DNA of 64,000 nucleotides from Trueperaceae bacterium (GCA_965214405.1 OZ243956.1:1920001-1984000), one strand, 5' to 3'. Positions 25,630 to 37,100 are shown, counted from the stretch's first letter. Numbers and translations: made by a program. The notes: generated by a model not told the origin, from the sequence alone.

Positions 25630-26718
25630 GTGACCATACTGTCTTCGAACGTATCATCTTCAAAACGAGACCTTTATTTGAGCGAGTTCAAGCCGAAAAC
25701 GAAGCTCGTGGTCAAAGAGACGCGTATTGAGCGCCCACGCTTTCCCGTGGTCGACGCGCACATCCACCTGGGGCCGCCCTTCGGGGGGAGTTGGGCGGAG
25801 CAACCGGTGGAGACGTTACTGGACGCAATGGACGCCGCGCACGTGACCTCCGTCGTGGATTTGGATGGCGGGTGGGGCGAGAACGTTCTGGACGAGCACT
25901 TAAAGCACTTCAAGGAGAGAGCCCCCGAGCGCTTTGTGCATTTCGGCGGGGTGGATTGGTCGGGGTGGCCGGAGCACGGCGACGCCTTTGGCGAGTGGGC
26001 GGCGGAGCGTTTTCGGCAGCAGGTCGCACGCGGCGCGGGCGGGCTCAAAATCTGGAAACCGTTCGGGCTGCACGTGACTGACCAGCGCGGTGCGTTGGTG
26101 GCGGTGGACGACGAACGGCTTACACCCCTTTGGGAGACGGTGGGCGAGCTGAACGTCCCCGTCATCATCCACGTCGCCGACCCCGCCGCCTTTTTCGACC
26201 CGCTGGACGAGACGAACGAACGCTGGGAGGAACTGCACAATCATCCCGACTGGCAGTTCACAAGCCCACCCTTTCCGAGCTTTATGACGATTATGGAGGA
26301 TTTCGCCAACCTCGTGAGGCGTCACCCGAACACGACCTTTATCGGCGCGCACGTGGGCTGTTACGCGGAAAACCTCGGCTGGGTCGGTAATCTTTTGAAC
26401 GAATGCTCGAACTTTTATGTGGATATTAGCGCGCGCCTGGGCGAACTCGGGCGGCAGCCTTACACGGCGCGCAAATTTTTCGTAAAGCACGCCGACCGGA
26501 TTTTGTTTGGAACGGACGCGGACGCACAGCTCGAGACTTACAGGCTCTACTACCGCTTTTTAGAAACCGACGACGAATATTTTAGTTACAACACCTACGA
26601 CCCGCCGGGGCAAGGGCGCTGGTACGTTTGCGGCCTCCATTTACCGGATGAGGTTGTGAAAAAGGTTTATCACCAAAATGCCGAGCGCCTGATTTTGCGC
26701 GCCGGGGGGGAATCATAA
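25630..26718 (+). CDS. Amidohydrolase_2-family metallo-hydrolase
   Basis: VDAHIH, GLKIWK, IHVADP, GAH, LFGTD motifs. Confidence 0.88.
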   Translation: MTILSSNVSSSKRDLYLSEFKPKTKLVVKETRIERPRFPVVDAHIHLGPPFGGSWAEQPVETLLDAMDAAHVTSVVDLDGGWGENVLDEHLKHFKERAPERFVHFGGVDWSGWPEHGDAFGEWAAERFRQQVARGAGGLKIWKPFGLHVTDQRGALVAVDDERLTPLWETVGELNVPVIIHVADPAAFFDPLDETNERWEELHNHPDWQFTSPPFPSFMTIMEDFANLVRRHPNTTFIGAHVGCYAENLGWVGNLLNECSNFYVDISARLGELGRQPYTARKFFVKHADRILFGTDADAQLETYRLYYRFLETDDEYFSYNTYDPPGQGRWYVCGLHLPDEVVKKVYHQNAERLILRAGGES

Positions 26719-27737
26719 TGCCGGGAGAACACACCTTTAAGGAAATCATGTCGCAGCCCGATGCGTGGAGGGCGGCGCTCGAGCTTCTGCGCGCGCACTC
26801 GAGCGAGATCGCGGCCCTCCGTCCCCGCGACTTCGACGAAGTCATCTTCACGGGCTGCGGCTCGACCTACTATCTGGCGCTCGCGGCGGCGGCGCTCTTT
26901 AGAGAACTCGACGGCGTATACGCCCGCGGCTTGCCCGCCTCTGAAATCTGGCTTTATCCCAAAGCGGCGTATAACGCGGAGCGCAAAACCTTACTGGTGG
27001 CGGTCAGCCGCTCGGGCACGACGACCGAGACGGTGCGGGCGGTGGAGAGTTTCAAAAGACACGCGAACGGCAGGGTCGTCACCCTCACCTGCTATCCGCA
27101 GAGCGTATTGGCGCGGTTAGGGGACCTGAACTTGGTCTTTAAGTCCGGGCAAGAAGAGAGCGTCGCGCAAACGCGGGCTTTCAGCGTGCTCTACTTGGCG
27201 ACCACTTTTCTCTCTCACATGTGGGCGGAGGAGTCGCTCGAGGCGCTCAACGTTTTGCCCGATGTGTGTGGGAGGCTGCTCGAGACGCACGCCCCCCTCG
27301 CCAAACGTTTGGGGCAAAACCGTCAGTTTGACCGCTTTTACTTTCTGGGCTCCGGGCCGCGCTACGGCCTGGCCTGCGAACTGAGCCTCAAGATGAAAGA
27401 GATGACTCTAAGCCACTCCGAGCCCTTTCACTTTTTAGAGTTCCGGCATGGCCCGCAGTCGATGGTGAGTGACATGACGCTTCTTATCGGGCTCGTGTCC
27501 GAGGCTAACGGTGATAAAGAGCGCGCCGTGCTGAGCGAGATGAAAGCGCGCGGCGCGCAGGTCTTGAGTTTGGCCGAAAAAAATGCCGACATCACGTTCG
27601 GTTCAGGACTGCCCGAAAGCTTACGCAACCTCCTTTACCTGCCCGTGGTTCAGCTTCTGGCTTTTGAACGCTCGCTTTCGAAGGGTCTCGATCCCGATAG
27701 ACCTCATAACTTGGAGGCGGTGGTTATGCTCGAGTAG
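26718..27737 (+). CDS. SIS-domain hexosamine-6-phosphate deaminase/isomerase (AgaS/GlmS-C-like)
   Basis: EIMSQP, TGCGST, SRSGTTTET, EESVAQT, LKMKE, EFRHGP, GLDPDRPHNL. Confidence 0.9.
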   Translation: MPGEHTFKEIMSQPDAWRAALELLRAHSSEIAALRPRDFDEVIFTGCGSTYYLALAAAALFRELDGVYARGLPASEIWLYPKAAYNAERKTLLVAVSRSGTTTETVRAVESFKRHANGRVVTLTCYPQSVLARLGDLNLVFKSGQEESVAQTRAFSVLYLATTFLSHMWAEESLEALNVLPDVCGRLLETHAPLAKRLGQNRQFDRFYFLGSGPRYGLACELSLKMKEMTLSHSEPFHFLEFRHGPQSMVSDMTLLIGLVSEANGDKERAVLSEMKARGAQVLSLAEKNADITFGSGLPESLRNLLYLPVVQLLAFERSLSKGLDPDRPHNLEAVVMLE

Positions 27738-27796
27738 CCACTTATCTTCCGGTCCGCTTCGTCAACCCTCACACCCCCATTCTCAGGAGGTCACAC

Positions 27797-29002
27797 GTGA
27801 AACGGTTTCTCGTACTCTGCACTTTTCTAGGCTGCTTCTCGGCTGCGCTCGCGCAGACCACCATCAGCTACGCCATCTGGGACAACAACCAGCTCCCGGC
27901 GCACGAGCAAATCGTCGCCGCTTTCGAAGAGGAACACCCGGACATCAACGTCGACATCCAGGTGGTGCCCTGGGGCAACTACTGGGACAAGCTCCAAACC
28001 GCCGTCGCGGGCGGCGAGGCTTACGACGTGTTCTGGATGAACGGCCCGAACTTCCCCGTCTACGCGTCCAACGGCGTCCTGATGAACCTGCAAGACCGCG
28101 CGTCTGCGGAAGACCTGGACACGAGCGTCTACCCGCAAGCCCTGGTCGACCTGTATAGTTTTGAAGGCGACGTTTACGGCCTGCCCAAAGACTTCGACAC
28201 CATCGCGCTCTACTACAACAAAGACATGTTCGACGCGGCCGGGGTGGACTACCCGAACGCCGACTGGACCTGGGATGATTTGAAGAGCACCGCGCAAGCC
28301 CTCACCAAAGACGGCAACTGGGGCTTCGCCTCGACCACGGCGGACCAGGCGGGCTACTGGAACTTCATCTTTGAAAACGGCGGCCAGGTCCTTAGCGAGG
28401 ACGGCACGCAGGTTCTGATCGGCGAGCCCGCCGCTTGCGACGCCATCGACTACCTCTACAGCTTCGTGCAAGACGGCCTCTCGCCGGACGGCGCGACCAT
28501 GTCCTCGGTCGACCCCTGGACGCAACTTTTCCCCGGCGGGCGGGTCGGCATGGTGGTGGGCGGTTCGTGGTTGGCACGCACCTACGCCGACGCCGAGCCG
28601 ACCATCGACGTTGCCCCCTTGCCCCGAGCGCGAGAGCGCGCCAGCATCATCCACGGCCTCGCCAACGTCGTGTGGTCGAGAACCGAAAATCCCGACGCGG
28701 CCTGGGAATTCGCCAAGTTTTTGGGTGGCGACCAGGCGGCGACCATTCTGGCGCAGTCCGGCACGGTCATCCCGGCCTACAACGGCTTTCAGGACGCCTG
28801 GGTCGAGTCGGTTCCCGACATGAACTTACGCGTTTTCATGGACGCCACCGAGTACGCCGTGCCCTACCCGACGGCGGCGCAGGGCATGGAGTGGAACGTC
28901 AAGATTGCCGAGGTCTTGGGCGAAGTCTGGAACGGCAACGAGCCCATCGAAGGGGCGTGTCAAGAAGCTGCCAGCGCTGCCAACGCGGTGCTAAGTCAGT
29001 AG
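27797..29002 (+). CDS. Sugar ABC transporter substrate-binding protein
   Basis: Signal peptide ALA-Q; YGLPKDFDTIALYYNKDMFDAAGV; RBS AGGAGG. Confidence 0.92.
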   Translation: MKRFLVLCTFLGCFSAALAQTTISYAIWDNNQLPAHEQIVAAFEEEHPDINVDIQVVPWGNYWDKLQTAVAGGEAYDVFWMNGPNFPVYASNGVLMNLQDRASAEDLDTSVYPQALVDLYSFEGDVYGLPKDFDTIALYYNKDMFDAAGVDYPNADWTWDDLKSTAQALTKDGNWGFASTTADQAGYWNFIFENGGQVLSEDGTQVLIGEPAACDAIDYLYSFVQDGLSPDGATMSSVDPWTQLFPGGRVGMVVGGSWLARTYADAEPTIDVAPLPRARERASIIHGLANVVWSRTENPDAAWEFAKFLGGDQAATILAQSGTVIPAYNGFQDAWVESVPDMNLRVFMDATEYAVPYPTAAQGMEWNVKIAEVLGEVWNGNEPIEGACQEAASAANAVLSQ

Positions 29003-29116
29003 GACAGGATAAAGCGAAAAGGTGAAGGAAAGAGACAGCGGCCTTTTGGCTGACTCACGGTGCTTTCTTTCACCTCAGTCCCCATCTCTTCTAAATCTTC
29101 TATAAGGAGTCGTGTA

Positions 29117-30013
29117 GTGGCGCTTAACGTCAGAAGAAGTCGAAAGGCCCGCCTCGAGGCCATGTGGGGCTACCTGATGATCGCCCCGATGCTGGTAGGT
29201 CTCGGCGTGTTCTTTTATCTGGCGTTGGGCGCTTCGTTCTTTGTCAGCCTGACCGAGTGGGACGTGCTGACCGCGCCCGAGTGGGTCGGCTTTGAAAACT
29301 ACCGCACCCTCTTCGCCGACGCTACCTTCCGGCGGGCGCTGTGGAACACCACCTACTACACCCTGCTGAGCGTTCCCATCGGCGTCCTCGTGTCGTTGGT
29401 GCTGGCGGTCGCGCTCAACACCAACCTGCGCTTTCGCAACCTCTACCGCCTCATTTTCTTCTTGCCCGTTTTGACAATGCCCGTCGCCATCGGGGTGGTG
29501 TGGAACTGGATTTACAACCCGGACTTCGGACTTTTCAACCAGGTGATAGGGCTTGTGGGCGGCCCCCGCATCAAATGGCTTACCGACCCGAACTTCGCCA
29601 TGCCCGCGCTTGTCATTTTGGCGGTCTGGCAGGGGTCGGGTTACGGCATGATTATCTTTTTAGCGGGGCTGCAAAATATCCCCAAAGAGTATTACGAGGC
29701 GGCGCAAATCGACGGGGCGACCGGCTGGCACCGCTTTCGCTTTGTCACGCTGCCCCTACTCAGCCCGACGATGTTTTTCGTGACGGTCACGTCGCTGATT
29801 AGCGCATTTCAAGTGTTCGACATCGTTTACGCGATGACCGCGGGGCGCGCCTCGGACACGCTGCGCACCGTCGTCTATATGATTTACGAGGAAGGGTTTA
29901 GATATTTCCGCATGGGTCAGGCCACCGCCGTCGCCTGGATTCTCTTCGCCATTATTTTGGTCGTCACCGCCGTGCAGTTGCGGTTGCAGCGGCGCTGGGT
30001 TCACTATGAATAG
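29117..30013 (+). CDS. Sugar ABC transporter permease (MalF-type)
   Basis: TM helices, EAA loop YYEAAQIDGA. Start GTG 29117 after AAGGAG. Confidence 0.92.
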   Translation: MALNVRRSRKARLEAMWGYLMIAPMLVGLGVFFYLALGASFFVSLTEWDVLTAPEWVGFENYRTLFADATFRRALWNTTYYTLLSVPIGVLVSLVLAVALNTNLRFRNLYRLIFFLPVLTMPVAIGVVWNWIYNPDFGLFNQVIGLVGGPRIKWLTDPNFAMPALVILAVWQGSGYGMIIFLAGLQNIPKEYYEAAQIDGATGWHRFRFVTLPLLSPTMFFVTVTSLISAFQVFDIVYAMTAGRASDTLRTVVYMIYEEGFRYFRMGQATAVAWILFAIILVVTAVQLRLQRRWVHYE

Positions 30014-30047
30014 ATTTGTGAATAGCTTTAAGAATAGGAGGTGAAGG

Positions 30048-30935
30048 ATGCAAAAATCGGTTCGGAAGGTGAACGCTAGACCCAAGAGAGACTCAGACGG
30101 CGCGCGCCGTCACTTCGGCAACCACGCCCGCTTCGGCCTCCTGCACCTCGTTTTAATTGTCGCAGGCGTTACCGCGCTCGTCCCGTTTATTTGGATGATT
30201 TCGACCTCGCTCAAGGGGCAGATGGAAGTCTTGAGCGCCACGCCCACCTTTTGGCCCGAGGCGTGGCGCTGGCAGAACTATAAAGAAGTGTTTGAGCAGG
30301 TTCCCTTCGGGCGCTTTTACCTCAACACCGTTATCGTGACGGTGGCGAGGGTGATAGGCCAAGTTTTTTTCGCCGCGCTGGCCGCCTTTGCCTTTGCACG
30401 CCTCAAGTTTCCCGGTCGCAACCTTCTTTTTTTTGGTGTACTCGCGGTGATGATGGTGCCGGGGCAGGTCACGCTCGTGCCCAACTACGTCATCTTGAAG
30501 TATTTGGGCTGGCTCGACTCCTACCAGGGTTTAATCGTGCCGAGCTTGTTCAGCGCCTTTGGCACCTTTTTGCTGCGGCAGTTTTACCTGTCGCTGCCGC
30601 AAAACCTCATCGACGCGGCTATTTTGGAGGGCTGCAACCCGCTGCAGGTTTTCTGGCACGTGGCCTTGCCGCTCTCGCGCTCGATCATGGTCGCCTTCGG
30701 CGTGCTCGTCACGCTCTGGTCGTGGAACGACTTTTTGTGGCCGCTGATTATCACCAACTCGACCGACATGCAGATGCTCTCGGTCGGCATCGCCTACTTC
30801 CAGGGGCAGTTCGTCAGCAACTTCGCCGTGATGATGGCGGCGGCGACGCTGGCGACCTTGCCGATGGTGATTGTTTTTATCTTCGCGCAGCGTTATCTGA
30901 TTGAGGGCATCACTATGAGCGGGATGAAGTTGTGA
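30048..30935 (+). CDS. Sugar ABC transporter permease (MalG-type)
   Basis: FLLRQFY..LP..LIDAAILEG, WNDFLWP. Confidence 0.92.
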   Translation: MQKSVRKVNARPKRDSDGARRHFGNHARFGLLHLVLIVAGVTALVPFIWMISTSLKGQMEVLSATPTFWPEAWRWQNYKEVFEQVPFGRFYLNTVIVTVARVIGQVFFAALAAFAFARLKFPGRNLLFFGVLAVMMVPGQVTLVPNYVILKYLGWLDSYQGLIVPSLFSAFGTFLLRQFYLSLPQNLIDAAILEGCNPLQVFWHVALPLSRSIMVAFGVLVTLWSWNDFLWPLIITNSTDMQMLSVGIAYFQGQFVSNFAVMMAAATLATLPMVIVFIFAQRYLIEGITMSGMKL

Positions 30936-31047
30936 GGGGAAGAAGTTAGTGGTTGGTGATGGGTGGTTAGAGAATGCGGGGTGAGTTGACATGAAGTAAG
31001 TGGCAACCGGGAAAACGTCTAAAAGCTCATTTTCCAAGGAGGAAAGC

Positions 31048-32292
31048 ATGAGAAAAGCTCTTATTACACTCTCCCTCTCCCTGCTGTTCAGCGTTTCGCT
31101 GGCGCAGACCGACATCACCTTTATGGCCTGGGGTTCGCCCGAAGAACTCACCGTCTGGCAGACCATCGCCGACGAATTCAGCGCGTCTCACCCCGACATC
31201 AACGTCACGGTGGACGTGAGCGACTGGGAAGCGTATTTCAACAAGCTCCAAACGCTCTTCGCGGGCGGCACACCGCCGGACGTGTTTGCGATGGACGCGC
31301 CCCTCTATCCCGACTGGCAGTCTAGGGGCGTTCTAAAGAACTTGCAGCCCTACCTGGACGCCGAGCCGGGGCTCTTGGACGGGTTTTATCCGGTGACGCT
31401 GCAAGCTTATGAGACCGAAGACGGGTATTACGGCTTACCGAGGGATTTCCAGACCATCGTCCTCTACTACAACAAAGACATGTTCGACGCGGCGGGTGTG
31501 GACTACCCGACGAACGACTGGACGCTTCAAGACTTGCGCGACGCCGCCAAGGCCCTCACCCAAGACACCGACGGCGACGGCCAAACCGACCAGTGGGGCT
31601 TTTGGGCCGACTTCTACGACCTGGAACTCTTCTGGGGCGGGGCGATCTGGGGCTCCGGCGGGCAAGTCATCAGCGACGACCACACCGAGACGTTGCTGGC
31701 CGAGGGTCCGGCAAGGGACGTGTGGCACATGATGAGCGACATGATATTTGAAGACGGCTCGGTGCCCACCACGGGCGAGGCCGAACAGTACGGTTACGAT
31801 ATCTTCTTGGCCGAGCGCGCCGCCATGACGACCATCGGTCACTGGGTGGTGCCCGAGTACACCGCGCAGGGCATCGACTTCGGCGTGGCCGCTTTCCCGG
31901 CGGGTCCGGAGGAGCGGGCGACGGTCGTCAACAGCGCGGGCTTCGTGATAGCCGACGCCTCGCCGAACGCCGACGCCGCCTGGGAATTTATCAAGTACGC
32001 GGTCGGCCCGAGTGGGCAGACGCGCTTAGCCGAACTCGGCTTCGCCGCGCCCGTCTTGCAGTCGGTCGCGGAGAGCCCGGTGTTTTTGGAGCAAGGGGCC
32101 GACATCGACCAGCAGGTCTATCTGGACGCGTTGGCGTACGCCCAGCCCAAGCCCTCCTTTAGGGGCTACGGCGAGTGGTCGGGCGTGGTGGGGGACACCC
32201 TCTCGCTGGTCTGGTCGGGCGATATGACGGTGGACGAGGCGTTAGACGAACTCGTGCCCTTGGCTAACGACGTTTTGGAAGCCAATCAGTAA
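31048..32292 (+). CDS. Sugar ABC transporter substrate-binding protein (second)
   Basis: Signal peptide SLA-Q; YGLPRDFQTIVLYYNKDMFDAAGV. ATG 31048 after AAGGAGG. Confidence 0.92.
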   Translation: MRKALITLSLSLLFSVSLAQTDITFMAWGSPEELTVWQTIADEFSASHPDINVTVDVSDWEAYFNKLQTLFAGGTPPDVFAMDAPLYPDWQSRGVLKNLQPYLDAEPGLLDGFYPVTLQAYETEDGYYGLPRDFQTIVLYYNKDMFDAAGVDYPTNDWTLQDLRDAAKALTQDTDGDGQTDQWGFWADFYDLELFWGGAIWGSGGQVISDDHTETLLAEGPARDVWHMMSDMIFEDGSVPTTGEAEQYGYDIFLAERAAMTTIGHWVVPEYTAQGIDFGVAAFPAGPEERATVVNSAGFVIADASPNADAAWEFIKYAVGPSGQTRLAELGFAAPVLQSVAESPVFLEQGADIDQQVYLDALAYAQPKPSFRGYGEWSGVVGDTLSLVWSGDMTVDEALDELVPLANDVLEANQ

Positions 32293-32302
32293 TTACGCCT
32301 CG

Positions 32303-32329
32303 AGGGGCGGCTCAGGCCGCCCCCTTTTT
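32303..32329 (+). terminator. Hairpin/terminator after the substrate-binding protein gene
   Basis: AGGGGCGGC-TCAG-GCCGCCCC followed by TTTTT. Confidence 0.65.
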
Positions 32330-32343
32330 CAAGAAAGCCGCCC

Positions 32344-33225
32344 ATGCAAACAGGCATCAAACCCCTAGGACGCGAGCGCTTTTGGCTCCTCTTGCTCCTC
32401 GCCCCGACGCTGCTAGGGCTTCTCTTCGGCGCGTTCGGCTCGGTGCTGGCGAGCGTCTTTATCAGCCTGACGAGCTGGGACCTCTTGACGCCCCCCGAAT
32501 GGGTCGGAATTCAAAACTACATAAACCTCATAGACGACGCTATGTTCTTAAGGTCGCTCCGCATCACCACGCAGTTCGCCGCGATGTACGTGCCGGGCGT
32601 CATCATTTTGTCTTTAATCGTGGCGCTCTTGTTAAACCGCAAGATTCGCGGGGTGAGCTTTTTTCGGGTGGCTTTTTTCCTGCCGGTCATCTCGTCGTCG
32701 GTCGCGGTCGGGCTTTTGTGGACCTGGATATACGCGCAGAACAATGGGCTCCTAAACTACATCATCACCTTTTTCGGCGGCGCGGAGGTGCGCTGGCTGA
32801 GCCGCGACCTAGCGCTTTACTCAGTCACGGTCGTGAACATCTGGGGCGCGGTGGGCGAGGGGATGATCATCTTTTTGGCGGGGCTGCAAGCGGTGCCGCG
32901 CGACTATTACGAGGCGGCGAAGCTCGACGGGGCGAGCGGCTTCCAGCGGCTTGTCAACATCACCTTGCCCTTGATCGTGCCGAGCATCTTTTTTCAGGCG
33001 GTGATTTCGACCATCAACGCGTTTCAGGTGTTCGAGTACATCTATATTTTGACGCGGACCTCGAGCGGCGGCTCCACCACCCCGACCCTCGTCTTTACCA
33101 TCTACCGCAACGGCTTCAACTACTTCCGCATGGGCCAAGCGAGCGCGCAAGCCATCGTCTTGGCGGTAATTATCTTCGTTTTGACGCTTCTCTACTTCCG
33201 CATCCAGCGGCGTTGGGTGGTGTGA
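32344..33225 (+). CDS. Sugar ABC transporter permease (MalF-type)
   Basis: EAA loop YYEAAKLDGA, TM helices. Confidence 0.92.
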   Translation: MQTGIKPLGRERFWLLLLLAPTLLGLLFGAFGSVLASVFISLTSWDLLTPPEWVGIQNYINLIDDAMFLRSLRITTQFAAMYVPGVIILSLIVALLLNRKIRGVSFFRVAFFLPVISSSVAVGLLWTWIYAQNNGLLNYIITFFGGAEVRWLSRDLALYSVTVVNIWGAVGEGMIIFLAGLQAVPRDYYEAAKLDGASGFQRLVNITLPLIVPSIFFQAVISTINAFQVFEYIYILTRTSSGGSTTPTLVFTIYRNGFNYFRMGQASAQAIVLAVIIFVLTLLYFRIQRRWVV

Positions 33226-33226
33226 C

Positions 33227-34057
33227 GTGGGCGTCAAGGCTCGAGACCGCCTCTTAGATGGGCTCGCCTACGCGCTCTTGATTCTGGGCGCGCTGGTGAT
33301 GGTCGGGCCGTTCGTGTGGATGGTCTCGACCTCACTCAAAGAGCCCGCCGACCAGTTCACCCGCGCCCTCGTCCCCGACCCTGTGACGTTCGAAAATTAC
33401 GCCCGCCTCTGGGACGCGTTGCCCTTTACCCGGCTCATCTGGAACAGCTTCAAAATCGCTTCGATTGCCACCATCGGGCAACTCCTGACCTGCTCGATGG
33501 CCGGGTTCGCCTTTGCGGTGGTTCGGTTCCGGGGGCGAAACGTGCTGTTCGTCATGCTCCTCATCACCCTGATGATTCCTTTTCAGGTGACGCTGATTCC
33601 CAACTTCATCGTCTACCGCTGGCTGGGGCTTTACGGCACGCAAGTTCCGCTCTACCTACCCGCCTTTCTGGGGGGCGCGTTCGGCACGTTTTTGCTGCGG
33701 CAGTATTTTTTGACTATCCCCGACGAACTCGCCGAGGCGGCGCGCATCGACGGGGCCTCGCTCTGGACGATTTACTGGCGCATCTATTTGCCGCTGGCGC
33801 GGCCTGCCCTGGGCGCGCTGGCGATTTTCACCTTTTTATTTTCTTGGAACGACCTGTTCGGGCCTTTGATTTATCTGCCGAGCGACTTGGAAAAGACCAC
33901 CCTGCCCGTCGGCTTGGCCCTTTTTCAGGCGCAGTACAGCGGGCGCTGGACGGTGATGATGGCGGGGGTCTTGGTCAGCATCGCGCCGATCATCACCGTG
34001 TTTTTCTTTGCGCAGCGGCAGTTTATTGAGGGCATCGCGCTGTCAGGGGGGAAGTGA
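33227..34057 (+). CDS. Sugar ABC transporter permease (MalG-type)
   Basis: FLLRQYFLTIPDELAEAARIDGA, WNDLFGP. Confidence 0.92.
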   Translation: MGVKARDRLLDGLAYALLILGALVMVGPFVWMVSTSLKEPADQFTRALVPDPVTFENYARLWDALPFTRLIWNSFKIASIATIGQLLTCSMAGFAFAVVRFRGRNVLFVMLLITLMIPFQVTLIPNFIVYRWLGLYGTQVPLYLPAFLGGAFGTFLLRQYFLTIPDELAEAARIDGASLWTIYWRIYLPLARPALGALAIFTFLFSWNDLFGPLIYLPSDLEKTTLPVGLALFQAQYSGRWTVMMAGVLVSIAPIITVFFFAQRQFIEGIALSGGK

Positions 34058-34118
34058 GGGTATTGAATAGTGATGAGTGGTTAGTGGCTTCGAGACGGGT
34101 GATTAGGAAGGGAGCGGT

Positions 34119-37100
34119 ATGAGGCGCTTATCTGTCGGTGGTTTGACATTTGCTTTGATTTTAACGGGGCTCAGCTTGGCGCAGGAGGGGCCGAGGGGCG
34201 CGGTTCACGATATCGAAGACTACGTGGTGTATTACGGAAAAGGCGAGTTGGAGGCGCTGAGTACCTTCGACCTCGCCATCATCCAACCCAATACGCTTTC
34301 CGAAGAAGAGCTTGCCAAGCTGAAGGCGGCGGGAACGCTCGTCGTGGCGTATCTGAGCGTGGGCGAGGCCGAACCCGCGCGGCCTTGGTATTCGGCTGGG
34401 CGGGTGGACCCGCGCTGGCTTTTGAGCAAGAACGAGAACTGGGGTTCGTATCGGGTGGACGCTAACCAAGAGGGCTGGCGGAAGCTCATGGGTGAACTGA
34501 CCGGCGAGTTTTTAGACGAGGGTTTCGACGGGGTGTTTTTGGACACGGTGGATACGGTGGACGCCTACCCCGAGACCATTCCCGGCATGGTTGAACTGAT
34601 TAGAGGCTTGCGCGAAGCGTATCCGGAGGCGCTCTTGGTGCAGAACCGGGGCTTTACGGTGCTTGATGACGTTGCCGAATTCATTGACGCGCTGATGTTC
34701 GAAAGTCTGACGGGGTCCTACGACTTTAGCAACGACACATACATCTACGCTGACAACAGCTTTACCGCCGAGCAGTTGGTAGAGCTAAGAGAACGCACCG
34801 ACTTGGTCATTTTGGCGCTCGACTACGCCGACACCCCGGCGATGGCCTACCGCGCGGTGGAAGCGGCTAAGGAGTACGATTTCGTGCCCGCCGTCTCGAC
34901 GATTCTGTTGGATGAGATTCCGGATTACGGCCTAGACGAAGGCGGCCCCGACGACATCCGTATCAGCGACATCTCGGTGCAAACCGCCGGGACGCAAACC
35001 GCCATCGTGGTCAAAGTCGAGAACATTGGCCTGAGCCCGTCAAAGCGAGTGCCGGTCAGCTTGACGGTGGAAGGCGAGCAGGTTGCCACGCAAACGTATG
35101 AGAGTTTGGGCATCGGCGAGCAAAAAATCTGGCGTGTGCCCTGGGAGAGTGCATCGGAAACGGCCTCGATACGCGCCACCGCGTTCTCGCTGAGCGACAA
35201 AAAGGCGGGCAACAATAACCTGAGCCTCCAGTACGCCGCCGAAAGGGTCGCGGAAGAGCCCGTCTTGCCACCCGAAGAGCAAAAGCGCCGCCCCGCCGCA
35301 AACGGTCCCGACTTAGTGGCGACGGCGCTCACCGAACGCCTAACGATAGACGGCGACCTCGCCGACTGGGGTGACATGCCTTGTGCGGAGGTGAACACGG
35401 GTGAGCAAGTTATCTTGGGTCTTCCCTCAGATTGGGCAGGACCCGCCGACCTCGGCAGCCGCGTCTGTTACGCCTGGGACGAAAACAACCTTTACGTCGG
35501 GCTCGAGGTCACGGACGACACCATCGTCCAAAGGCACACCGGCTCGTCCTTGTGGCGCGGCGACCACGTGGAGCTGTGGTTCGACACGCAGCTCCAGCTC
35601 GACTTTGGTTCGGCGGAGGCGGGCAGCGACGACTTTCAAATCGGCCTGAGTCCGGGTGACTGTACGGGGAGTGTGGAGCCGGACATCTTCATCTGGACGC
35701 CGCCCCGCTTGCGTGAGGAGTATGACGGGCTCATCGAGTACGCCGTCGTCTGCACCGACAGCGGCTACCGCGCCGAGATGCGTTTGCCCGCAAGTGTTTT
35801 AACCGGGCTCAAGCTCGCCAGCGGGGGGGCCATCGGCGCGACCTTCGACCCGAGCGACACCGATACGCCCGGCAGCAGCGAGCAGGAGATGATGTTGTCA
35901 ACCGCGCCCAACACGCAGTGGGGCGTGCCGACCTTGTGGAACAATCTTGTGCTCGAGGGGGAACCAACGGTGAGCGTAGAGGTTTCTGAAGGGGCGGACG
36001 AAGATTCAGGCCAAGCCGAGGTTGATCGAGACCTTTCATCCCTCCAAGCCTTGAACACCTCCAACGTCCCCTCCGACGTGACCGCCGTTATCGGCTACGC
36101 CTTTAGCCCCGGCGACGTGTCGCAGCCGATTACCGACGACGCTCTTGAAGAGGTGCGCGCCATCGTCCAGCGTGCCGCCAGCGAAGGCGCGCTCTGGCTG
36201 GACGCCGACACGGGCATTACCAACTTCGCGGACAACTTCCTCTACGACCCCGCTATCAGCTATTACCCGCTGGTCGAGGCAATTGTAGACGAAGCGCATA
36301 AACACGGCGTCAAGGCCTTTTTCTACTTCAGCGGCTCCGAAATCGAGACGCTCGACTATTCAGAGAGCCCCGATACCTCTATCGACAAGGTGTACCCCGA
36401 ATGGATGCAAGTCGACCAGTTCGGCGATCCGATGGCCTTTCTACCGGGCGAGGTTGAAGCGTTTTGGCTGGGGCCGGACACGGGCGACGCCTGGGCGAAC
36501 CCGCTGGCGCCGGGCTACCGCGAGGCCATCATGACGCGAGCCGAAGGGGTGGCGGCGGCGGGCGCGGACGGGATTTTTGTCGATGTGCCCTACTACTTTA
36601 CCTTTGAAAACCGCTGGGCAGACTTTAGCGACGAGAGCGCGGCGGCGTTCAAGGCGGCGACGGGCTATGACCTGCCGCGCAACTTAGCGAACGACGGTCG
36701 GGCGTTTTACGAATGGCTCGAGTGGCGGCACACCGTCTGGCGCGATTACCTGGGCGAGATGAACGACCGCGCCAAGGCGGTCAATCCCGACATCCACATC
36801 ATCGCCGAGGAGTGGCCCGCCGCCTCGTTCGACGGGATTCTCTCGACGGGCTACGACACCTCGGTCGCCGACCCCGCCATCGACATCGCCGCGCACGAGT
36901 ACGGGCACAAGCAGGATGAAGGGGGCGCAATCGCCTACAACCTCGCCGACTGGCAGCACACCCGCGACATGTACAAGTGGTATCAGGGCATGAACCGCAC
37001 CAACTGGTGCCTCTGCTACGCGACCGAAGCCGCCGACTCCAAGGCGATAGCCGCCATCACCTACGCGCACCACTTGTCTTTTTGGGAGACCAAAGCGCCG

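Noticed and set aside
30936..34118. G/T-rich degenerate short repeats in intergenic spacers (30945-30972, 34066-34088)
   Set aside because: Too short and degenerate to support a defined element.
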